Positions 1 to 6,229 of a stretch of DNA of 11,235 bases are shown here, piece after piece. Every line of letters begins with the position of its first letter. The stretch's first letter is position 1. The notes under the pieces are model-generated. The model saw only the letters and a list, made by a program, of their open reading frames with translations. It searched no databases and was not told the origin of the DNA. Location of the stretch: positions 1 to 11,235 of the forward strand of contig JALVPN010000157.1 of NCBI GenBank assembly GCA_027031765.1. Direction: 5' to 3'. The translations under genes were made by a program, and so were the position numbers. Source of the DNA: Promethearchaeota archaeon (GTDB lineage Archaea; Asgardarchaeota; Thorarchaeia; Thorarchaeales; Thorarchaeaceae).

Positions 1-2036
1 GTCGCAGTGTCGGTGGCCTGGGGGAGGTTGCGTGTGGGGAAGTCGGCAGATATGGTGGCACCCGTGAAATAGGCGGTGCCGTAGCTGTCGACACACGCGG
101 AGGTGAGTGTTTCAGCTGCCTGGCCACCGAGCAATGTGGAGTGTACGATACTGGTCGACCCCGACTGCCTGATGATCTCTGTGACGAAGCAGTCAGTCGC
201 ACCTGAGTACCCCATGATCTCGTCTTGGAGGGCGAAGTCGGACGAGGCCGTGTAACCGCATACGACCACCCTGTGGCTGTCCACCAGGCCGACCGCCATG
301 GGACTGTCCGTGTCAGACCCGCCCAGGAACGTCCCCATGACGATGTCCTTTCCGCTGGGCCCTATTATGGCAAGGAACCCGTCTGGGGGGTCGTCGAGCG
401 TGTCGTCAACGGGGTCCATGATGGGGAAGTCTGGTGATGTGGTCAGCCCCACGGCGTATGCATTCCCCCAACTGTCAACAACAATGTCCTCGATGCTCTC
501 CCAGTTGCTACCACCGAGATATGTCGAATAGACAAGCCCGGAACCGTCGCTGGCGACTCGGGCCACGAACCCGTCGTAGGGGCCCTTCAGGAACGGGGAG
601 AGGACGTAGTCTGTGGCCATCGAGACGGAACTCGTCTGGCCCGCCACGTAGATGTCACCGTCCCAGCCCACAGCAACGGCACGGCCAGTGTCAGGGTAGT
701 TGTCATCGGTTGACCACTCGCGGTCAACATGCATGAACGTGGAGAAGACCATAGAGCTGCCGTTCGCGCTCAGCCTGAACAGGAAACAGTCGCCATGGCC
801 GTTGTAGCTGTCGTCCAGCGCAGCCACGACCGGGAAGTCTGCCGAGTATGTCACCCCGACCACACAGACATCACCGCTCGCTGTCATTGCAACGTCGTAT
901 GCCCTGTCCTCGTAGGTGCCACCCACGTAGGTCGAGAAGTCGAGCCTGTCCGCACCGATGTCGAGTCGCGTGACGAAGCAGTCGGCCACCATGTCCTCGA
1001 ACGTGTCCTTCACACCTCCCACCACAGGGAAGTCGTGCGAGACCGTGTATCCCACAACCACAATGACATCTTCCTGGTAGACTGCGATGCCCGTGCCAAA
1101 GTCGTCGCCACTCCCACCAAGGACAGCAACGTACTCAAGTGTGCCGTGCCGGTCGACCTTTGCAATGAAGCAGTCTGGCGCCCCGGCCCCACCAGCACTC
1201 CCCTCACCTGTGAAGGGGAAGTCATCCGAGTAGGTGGTGCCCACAACGTAGGCGTTGCCACCACTGTCTACTGCCACAGCCATGCCCCTGTCCTCGGCAC
1301 CACCACCAATTGCCCCCGCATACAACAGGCGGTCCTGTGGCATGCCCTGTGAGAGCACACGGGTGCTGCTCACCCCACAGTCCTCGTCGTCACGCCACGC
1401 CTGTCTGTCAGTGCCGGTCTCACCCGCCAGCTGTGACAGGTCCACAGTCCACCTCGCACTGCCATGGGCCCCGGCAGTCCTCTCACATACGACTGTGACC
1501 GGGCCCTCCCGGGTGCAGAGCGGGGCGGGCGGCACGTTGTCCCCGGTCGCCTCAAGGACAACAGTCGTAGGCCTCACGGTCACGGTGAGCGTGGTGCCCT
1601 GCCAGAGCCCGCGGTACTGCGCATGTGCGTAGGCGTGGACACCCGTAATGCTCGTGTCGCGTCGGAAGAGGCTGTACCGTGTTGGCAGCCTGTCCACACC
1701 CTCCGGACAGACCCTGACATGCGTGTCGAATGTCAGGTCTACCGTGGGCAACCCTTCGCGCACGACCCTCAGGCCTGCGGTCGTAAGTCCGACCACGCCC
1801 CATGCCGTGCGGGCATAGAACACGGTGCTGTTATCACGTAGTTGTCCCCGGTCTTCGTACAGGGGGAGGTACCCGTCCGGCGGCTCCGGGCTGCATACGT
1901 ATGTGCTGTAGGGCTGACTGTCCGGTGTGTGCACCTGTTGTGCCACCTGACCTTGGTACGCCCCTCCGACAACTGGGCTGAAGAGCGTCACCAGAAGAAG
2001 GACTACCATATGGCGTGCAGTTATTCTTTGCAGCAT
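1..2036 (-). CDS. Secreted SBBP (seven-bladed beta-propeller) repeat protein with a DUF7948-like N-terminal domain; 3' end lies outside the window (>678 aa)
   Basis: Translated by hand; open from ATG 2036 to base 1. N-terminus MLQRITARHMVVLLLVTLFSPVVGG is signal-peptide-like and is preceded by RBS GAGGTGA. YEDRGQ...VFYA and YRGLWQGT resemble the ENxGQ / Y.glypGi motifs of the domain that usually precedes SBBP repeats. Seven repeats of type (Y/F)lGG..D...avavD..GnaYvvG.T.S.DFP follow, e.g. YLGGSNWESIEDIVVDSWGNAYAVGLTTSPDFP. Confidence 0.88.
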   Translation of the reverse strand, partial: MLQRITARHMVVLLLVTLFSPVVGGAYQGQVAQQVHTPDSQPYSTYVCSPEPPDGYLPLYEDRGQLRDNSTVFYARTAWGVVGLTTAGLRVVREGLPTVDLTFDTHVRVCPEGVDRLPTRYSLFRRDTSITGVHAYAHAQYRGLWQGTTLTVTVRPTTVVLEATGDNVPPAPLCTREGPVTVVCERTAGAHGSARWTVDLSQLAGETGTDRQAWRDDEDCGVSSTRVLSQGMPQDRLLYAGAIGGGAEDRGMAVAVDSGGNAYVVGTTYSDDFPFTGEGSAGGAGAPDCFIAKVDRHGTLEYVAVLGGSGDDFGTGIAVYQEDVIVVVGYTVSHDFPVVGGVKDTFEDMVADCFVTRLDIGADRLDFSTYVGGTYEDRAYDVAMTASGDVCVVGVTYSADFPVVAALDDSYNGHGDCFLFRLSANGSSMVFSTFMHVDREWSTDDNYPDTGRAVAVGWDGDIYVAGQTSSVSMATDYVLSPFLKGPYDGFVARVASDGSGLVYSTYLGGSNWESIEDIVVDSWGNAYAVGLTTSPDFPIMDPVDDTLDDPPDGFLAIIGPSGKDIVMGTFLGGSDTDSPMAVGLVDSHRVVVCGYTASSDFALQDEIMGYSGATDCFVTEIIRQSGSTSIVHSTLLGGQAAETLTSACVDSYGTAYFTGATISADFPTRNLPQATDTA

Positions 2037-2040
2037 GGTC

Positions 2041-2047
2041 TCACCTC
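2041..2047 (-). promoter_or_regulatory. Shine-Dalgarno site of the SBBP gene
   Basis: GAGGTGA ends 4 nt upstream of ATG 2036 on the - strand; matches the archaeal anti-SD complement. Confidence 0.7.
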
Positions 2048-2277
2048 GTCTACTGACAGGCCACACAGTTGTGGGCCAGTATGTCCACCATATTTCCGCG
2101 CCCGGTACCGGAAAGTCACCAAGTCTGTGGGGCGTGTCTGGTAAGTGGCATGTGCCTGCCAGGCCGTGCGTCCACATACTCTCCTGACCCGGGCAGGTCC
2201 GTGTGGGACACGGGGACTGATATACTTGTGGCCCGCTGCTGGGACGGGGCCGTGCGGGGGCCCACTCTACAGTATCA

Positions 2278-3717
2278 CTAGCGCGCAATCTTCCACGTTG
2301 GGCCGTCCTTTGTGTCAGCGACGACCACGCCCAGCTCACCGAGGCGCGCCCGGATCCTGTCGGCGGTGGCGTAGTCCTTTGCAGCACGGGCCTCCTCCCG
2401 TATTTCGAGGAGCAGTCCTATCAGGCCCTCGACCAGTGCTGCCGCTCCCGCACCCACTGTCTGGGCCCCGCCTGACAGGTCGATACCGAGTACACCCACG
2501 ACCTCAGTAAGTGCAGCGAGGGCCTCTCTGAGGGTACCGGCACTGCCCACCTCCGGGGCGAGGGTGTTGACGTCCCGGACAAAGGTGAATATCTCCGCCA
2601 GCGCACTGGGCGTATTGAAGTCGTCGTCCATGGCGCGTTCAAAGCCCTCCCGCAGCCTGGCAACGGACTCCTTGAGCTCCCTGTCAGACCCCTTGGCCCT
2701 GTCACCGGCCTTCTCGAGGACGCGGATCCGGCCCCGCAACAGTTCCGCCGCGTTCCGGAGCCTGTCGAGGGAGTGCTGTGCCTGTTCCAGGGCCGCCTCG
2801 TTGAAGTCGAGTGGCTGACGGTAGTGTGCTGAGACCAGGTACAGGCGCACGGCCTGGTGGTCGTGTCTGTCGAGCACCTCGCGTGCGGTGTAGAAGTTGC
2901 CCTCCGACTTCGACATCTTCTCCTTGTCAATGGTCAGGAACCCGTTGTGCAGCCAGTACTTGACCGGTGTGTCGATGTTGTACGCCGCCGATGACTGCGC
3001 GATCTCGTTCTCGTGGTGTGGGAATATCAGGTCCTGTCCACCACCATGGATGTCGAAGGGCAGGCCGAGGAACCGCGCACCCATTGCCGAACACTCGATG
3101 TGCCATCCCGGACGGCCGCGCCCCCACGGGCTCTCCCACGACGGCTCCCCCGGCTTCTCAGCCTTCCACAGTGCAAAGTCACGGGGGTCGCGCTTCTTCT
3201 CGTCCACCTCAACCCTCGCCCCGGCGGCCAGCTCGTCCTTGGATATCCTGGACAGGACACCGTACTGCTCGTGTCCGGCCACATCAAAGTAGACGTCTCC
3301 GTCCACCACGTACGCTTTCCCGTTGTCCACAATGTGCTGGATCATGTCAATCATATCGTCTATGTGTTCCGTGGCCCGCGGGTTGACGGTGGCGGGCTTG
3401 AGGTTCAGCTCCCGGGCTATCCGCAGGTACTCCTCGGTGAACCGGGCGGCCAGCTCCCGCACGGTCGTCCCCTCCTCCCTCGCACGGGCTATCATCTTGT
3501 CGTCTATGTCCGTGATGTTCGTCACAAAGGTGACCCGGTAGCCCTTGTACTCAAGGTACCGCCGTATCGTATCGAAGACCGCAAATGAGCGTGCGTTCCC
3601 TATGTGCGGGTAGTCGTACACCGTAGGGCCACACACGTACATCCGTACAGTGTTCCCTTGGAGCGGTACGAACTCCTCCTTGCTGCGGGACAGCGTGTTG
3701 TACACATACAGTGTCAT
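2278..3717 (-). CDS. cysS: Cysteinyl-tRNA synthetase (class I), 479 aa
   Basis: MTLYVYNTLSRSKEEF start; CGPTVY, HIGN (HIGH variant), GRPGWHIECS, HGGGQDLIFPHHENE, KMSKS, AMDDDFNT (DALR region) and C-terminal ADRIRARL. Start placed at 3717 rather than 3816 because the CysRS homology begins there and a TATA-like box lies ~24 nt upstream. Confidence 0.98.
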   Translation of the reverse strand: MTLYVYNTLSRSKEEFVPLQGNTVRMYVCGPTVYDYPHIGNARSFAVFDTIRRYLEYKGYRVTFVTNITDIDDKMIARAREEGTTVRELAARFTEEYLRIARELNLKPATVNPRATEHIDDMIDMIQHIVDNGKAYVVDGDVYFDVAGHEQYGVLSRISKDELAAGARVEVDEKKRDPRDFALWKAEKPGEPSWESPWGRGRPGWHIECSAMGARFLGLPFDIHGGGQDLIFPHHENEIAQSSAAYNIDTPVKYWLHNGFLTIDKEKMSKSEGNFYTAREVLDRHDHQAVRLYLVSAHYRQPLDFNEAALEQAQHSLDRLRNAAELLRGRIRVLEKAGDRAKGSDRELKESVARLREGFERAMDDDFNTPSALAEIFTFVRDVNTLAPEVGSAGTLREALAALTEVVGVLGIDLSGGAQTVGAGAAALVEGLIGLLLEIREEARAAKDYATADRIRARLGELGVVVADTKDGPTWKIAR

Positions 3718-3740
3718 GCCCCGACCTCTGCACTGTGCCA

Positions 3741-3767
3741 CATAAAAAGGCGTCTGCAATAGTTGCC
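3741..3767 (-). promoter_or_regulatory. cysS promoter: TATA-like TTTTTATG (3748-3741) plus upstream palindrome GGCAACTATTGC (3767-3756)
   Basis: - strand reads GGCAACTATTGCAGACGCCTTTTTATG. TATA spacing puts the start site at about the ATG (leaderless-type). The same architecture occurs at the tRNA-Cys promoter. Confidence 0.65.
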
Positions 3768-3881
3768 CACTCTTCCGACCTGTACGACGACACACCCTTC
3801 CCCAGACAGGCCGCACACCTCCCGCACAGGCCAGCCCACTCAGTGCATGTGCCGGTGCTGCCGGATGTGTGGTGTGTGTGA

Positions 3882-3987
3882 CATGTACCTATGCACGACG
3901 GGCCCTACAGCCGTCGATGAGCCGGAGTGGGACTTGCCGGACTTGAAGGGGGCATGCGCCTCTGCACCACGGGCCCAACAGCAGTGG
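3882..3987. repeat. Imperfect 33-bp direct repeat (3882-3914 and 3953-3985, 71-nt period), each copy carrying a stem-loop
   Basis: CATGTACCTATGCACGACGGGCCCTACAGCCGT vs CATGCGCCTCTGCACCACGGGCCCAACAGCAGT, 27/33 identical. Stems CGACGG/CCGTCG and CCACGG/CAGTGG enclose the loop GCCC(T/A)ACAG. Confidence 0.7.
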
Positions 3988-4090
3988 GCAGGGCCTACAG
4001 GTCAGGTATCATGCAGAGGCAAGTGTGGGAGTCCAATGATACGTGGTCGGTCGAGTCAGGACGTGGACCACAGCACAGAGATAGTAGGTG

Positions 4091-4101
4091 GGAAAAGGAG
4101 G
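4091..4101 (-). terminator. Possible pyrimidine/oligo-U terminator after tRNA-Cys
   Basis: CCTCCTTTTCC directly follows the CCA end on the - strand; archaeal terminators are often short U-rich tracts. Confidence 0.35.
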
Positions 4102-4176
4102 TGGAGCCGGCCAGGGGATTTGCACCCCTGTATAACGGATCTGCAGTCCGTCGCGTAGCTACTCCGCCAGACCGGC
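4102..4176 (-). tRNA. tRNA-Cys (anticodon GCA), intronless, CCA genomically encoded (mature body 4105-4176)
   Basis: GCCGGTC TG GCGG AGTAGCT ACGC G ACGGA CTGCAGA TCCGT TATAC AGGGG TGCAAAT CCCCT GGCCGGC T CCA. 7-bp acceptor stem (one G-U), 5-bp anticodon and T stems, GCA at 4144-4142, G37 and discriminator U73 typical of archaeal tRNA-Cys. Confidence 0.96.
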
Positions 4177-4202
4177 TTGCACCCCCTGCTCCGCTTGCAG
4201 GG

Positions 4203-4229
4203 CTTAAAATCATATCGGCAATTGTTGCC
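4203..4229 (-). promoter_or_regulatory. tRNA-Cys promoter: TATA TTTTAAG (4209-4203) plus upstream palindrome GGCAACAATTGCC (4229-4217)
   Basis: - strand reads GGCAACAATTGCCGATATGATTTTAAG; the TATA box ends 27 nt before the mature tRNA 5' end. Confidence 0.72.
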
Positions 4230-4308
4230 TGTTTGTGTGGTGTCCTGCCCGCGCCACTCAGCTGCACCGCCGTCGTACACTGGCTGATAGCCGTAGCAGG
4301 CGCGTCCA

Positions 4309-4347
4309 GGGAGAAATAGGTGTGTGGTGGGGCCATGGCGGCCCCAC
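4309..4347 (-). terminator. Putative terminator of the peroxiredoxin gene
   Basis: Perfect 8-bp stem GTGGGGCC/GGCCCCAC (4327-4334/4340-4347, 5-nt loop) starts 17 nt after the stop and is followed by TATTTCTCCC on the - strand. Confidence 0.5.
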
Positions 4348-4364
4348 TTGTTGGCTGTCGGTGC

Positions 4365-5021
4365 CTACAGTCTCTTCTTGCAGAAGAACCAGTCAGCGCA
4401 GTCGTAGCCTTCCTGCAGGCGCTTGTCCGCCTCCTCCTTCGTGGTCGGTGGCGGCACTATCACCTCGTCGCCGGGCTTCCAGTTGGCCGGTGTTGCAACC
4501 CCGTGCTTGTCGGATGTCTGGAACGCGTCAATGATGCGCAGTATCTCCTCCATGTTGCGGCCGTTGCTCAGTGGGTAGTATATCAGTGCCCGTAGCTTGA
4601 ACTCAGGGTCGATGAAGAACACCGCACGCACGGCAGCGGTGCTGCTCTGTGCCGGGTGGATCATGCCGTACTTCTTGGCCACGTCCATGGACAGGTCGGC
4701 GATTATTGGGAATGGTATCTCCTTGCCGAGCTTCTCCTTGATGGTCTTGAGCCATGCGATGTGGGAGAACACGCTGTCAATGCTGAGGCCCAGCAGCTTC
4801 ACGTTCCGCTTCTTCAGCTCAGGGTAGATGTCCGCGAACGCCATGAACTCCGTGGTGCACACTGGCGTGAAGTCTGCGGGGTGGCTGAACAGTATCACCC
4901 AGCTCCCCTTGGCCCACTGGCTGAACTTGATGACACCAGCCGTGGTCACCGCCTCAAAGTCAGGCACCTCCTCGCCTATCAGGAGCATCCGTTTCTCTTC
5001 CTGTGTTTCCATGTTTCTCAT
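4365..5021 (-). CDS. Peroxiredoxin, Prx6/archaeal type with C-terminal Cys pair (alternative starts at 5012 or 4988)
   Basis: [16 protein letters not shown] peroxidatic motif (PVCTTE is the Prx6 signature), [27 protein letters not shown], and C-terminal CADWFFC as in archaeal thioredoxin peroxidases. Confidence 0.96.
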   Translation of the reverse strand: MRNMETQEEKRMLLIGEEVPDFEAVTTAGVIKFSQWAKGSWVILFSHPADFTPVCTTEFMAFADIYPELKKRNVKLLGLSIDSVFSHIAWLKTIKEKLGKEIPFPIIADLSMDVAKKYGMIHPAQSSTAAVRAVFFIDPEFKLRALIYYPLSNGRNMEEILRIIDAFQTSDKHGVATPANWKPGDEVIVPPPTTKEEADKRLQEGYDCADWFFCKKRL

Positions 5022-5043
5022 CTCGTGGTATGTTTGCCCTTTC

Positions 5044-5058
5044 TTAGAACTATTCTTA
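5044..5058. promoter_or_regulatory. Per-box-like operator TTAGAACTATTCTTA
   Basis: 7-1-7 imperfect inverted repeat; 10/14 informative positions match the Bacillus Per box TTATAATNATTATAA. It overlaps the downstream edge of the prx TATA box. Confidence 0.55.
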
Positions 5059-5063
5059 TTTAA
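5057..5063 (-). promoter_or_regulatory. TATA box of the peroxiredoxin promoter
   Basis: TTAAATA on the - strand, about 36-42 nt upstream of ATG 5021, in the only strongly AT-rich stretch of the window. Confidence 0.6.
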
Positions 5064-5090
5064 GTCTTGTTACTAAGACATTGTGGTTCC

Positions 5091-5097
5091 TTTATAC
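5091..5097 (+). promoter_or_regulatory. TATA box of the Fur/PerR-family gene
   Basis: TTTATAC ends 23 nt before GTG 5120, consistent with a leaderless transcript. Confidence 0.55.
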
Positions 5098-5119
5098 GAA
5101 GTCTTATAACATCACGTAA

Positions 5120-5572
5120 GTGAGTAGGCATACCATGACCGGGCCCACGACGACGATTGCATCGGAACTACGACGGTACGGCTACCGTGCCACTCCTCAA
5201 CGCATTGCAATCTATGACGCGCTATGGAAGTCGGGTGACCACCCGACAGCCCTTGACATCCACAAGTACGTCGCCATGCGTGATCCCACCATAAGTCTGG
5301 GCACAGTATACAATACCCTCAGGCTGTTCGCTGACCTTGGGCTCGTCCGGGAAATGGGGCTGCGCGACGGCTCCACGAGGTACGACCCGAGAGTGGACGG
5401 CCACGTGAACCTGATCTGTACACGCTGTGGCTCGGTCGTGGACTTCCATTTTGATGGTGTCAGGGGTCTGAAGGAGGCCATCAGGTCAAAGACGGACTTC
5501 ACTGTACACTCGGACTCTGTCGAGGTGTATGGCCTGTGTGCCAGCTGCAGCAGGTCGGTGCGCGGTGAGTGA
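5120..5572 (+). CDS. Fur-family transcriptional regulator, PerR-like (GTG 5120 or ATG 5135 start)
   Basis: RATPQRIAI, DHPTALDI, ISLGTVYNTL (HTH), RYD...HVNLICTRCGSVVDF and VYGLCASC (two CxxC Zn-site motifs). The D in VVDF matches PerR D104. Divergent from the peroxiredoxin gene. Confidence 0.93.
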   Translation: MSRHTMTGPTTTIASELRRYGYRATPQRIAIYDALWKSGDHPTALDIHKYVAMRDPTISLGTVYNTLRLFADLGLVREMGLRDGSTRYDPRVDGHVNLICTRCGSVVDFHFDGVRGLKEAIRSKTDFTVHSDSVEVYGLCASCSRSVRGE

Positions 5573-5706
5573 CGGCCCGGACACGGGGCCTGTGGCAGAT
5601 GGACAGGGCGTGCCACGAGTGGCGTTTCCAGTGTCAGTGATGCAGGACTGCTGGCATAGAGTTATCCTTATCACTGCTCCCGTAACTCAGGGTGGCGTGG
5701 TGTGCA

Positions 5707-5994
5707 ATGAGAGTCAGGGCAGTGCTCCGTGACATCAACATCCTTGAGATGAAGCCGGGGTCGCGCGAGCGGATCATGGCCACGGTAGAGAAGAACCTCG
5801 ACCGGACTGTGAACCTGTCCTCTCTGCTCAGAGTGATGGGCCTCAAGCCAGAGGAGCGGCTGAGGCTCTTCGAGTTACTGGAGGGCAGCGACATCCATGT
5901 GTGGCTGACACGCATGGGCGAACAGCACATCATCTACATGTCACGCAACGCAATTGCCCCCGAGTTCGACCTGCCCGGGTACCAGTGGCAGTAG
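5707..5994 (+). CDS. Hypothetical protein, 95 aa, possible winged-helix fold
   Basis: MRVRAVLRDINILEMKPGSRERIM...PGYQWQ. Natural globular composition and G/C-rich third positions like the neighbouring genes; GGTG-type RBS upstream of ATG 5707. No family motif recognised with certainty. Confidence 0.72.
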   Translation: MRVRAVLRDINILEMKPGSRERIMATVEKNLDRTVNLSSLLRVMGLKPEERLRLFELLEGSDIHVWLTRMGEQHIIYMSRNAIAPEFDLPGYQWQ

Positions 5995-6189
5995 GGATGT
6001 GGCTGGCATGACAGTGCTCCACGGCCACAGCACCACGCCGCCATAGACTGCTGTCCTGGGCCCACCGGCCACACCGCAGCGGCCCCGGGAGGAGGGACTC
6101 CAGCTCTTCTCCGTGTTGGCCACGGAGCCCGCCGGCCACACCACAACGACTCGGTGCAGGGCGCTATCTGTCCGCCGGCGCCTCCATAA

Positions 6190-6197
6190 CTATATTA
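6190..6197 (+). promoter_or_regulatory. Probable TATA box of the surface protein gene at 6230
   Basis: CTATATTA is an isolated AT-rich island ending 33 nt upstream of ATG 6230. Confidence 0.55.
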
Positions 6198-6229
6198 GTC
6201 CATCTCGAGTCCCCGCTGACGTGTCGACC

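Noticed and set aside
225-2510. Numerous + strand ORFs (e.g. 729..1352, 1255..1632, 1464..1841, 2145..2510) and short - strand ORFs in other frames
   Set aside because: Shadow frames of the SBBP gene and cysS in GC-rich DNA; no motifs, and composition skewed to Arg/Pro/Ser/His.
3718-3816. 33-aa in-frame N-terminal extension of CysRS as a possible Cys-containing leader
   Set aside because: It overlaps the TATA box and palindrome of the cysS promoter, and CysRS homology starts at Met 3717; best explained as chance absence of a stop.
3900-3976. tRNA-like element on the - strand beginning GGGCCCGTGGTGCAG and ending GGGCCC (77 nt)
   Set aside because: The apparent acceptor stem is only the self-complementary GGGCCC of the two repeat copies; no T-psi-C arm or credible anticodon arm.
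3882-3987. Repeat-spacer-repeat as a minimal CRISPR array
   Set aside because: Only two copies with 6 mismatches, no AT-rich leader and no cas genes in the window.
4102-4130. tRNA 3' end as an integration site (att)
   Set aside because: No duplicate of the tRNA 3' end and no integrase or transposase anywhere in the window.
3763-4319. Cys-rich + strand ORFs 3763..4158 and 3927..4319 (CMCRCCRMCGVC; repeated LCTTGPTAV)
   Set aside because: Both run antisense through the tRNA gene and have no promoter or RBS; the Cys richness comes from TG-rich low-complexity DNA, and the two peptide copies are in different frames.
4365-5021. Selenocysteine-containing peroxiredoxin or SECIS element
   Set aside because: All catalytic positions are Cys codons, there is no in-frame TGA, the stop is TAG, and the downstream hairpin is a simple GC stem.
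5574-5590. GGCCC/GGGCC hairpin after the Fur-family stop, and similar short GC hairpins at 2059-2077, 4184-4202 and 10251-10267
   Set aside because: 5-6 bp GC stems are expected by chance at this base composition and have no U-tract.
6113-6229. Longer start (6113) for the surface protein; likewise 8064 for the NosD-like gene and 5692 for the small protein
   Set aside because: The extensions cross the predicted TATA boxes or RBS and would bury the signal peptides; downstream ATGs (6230, 8151, 5707) fit better.
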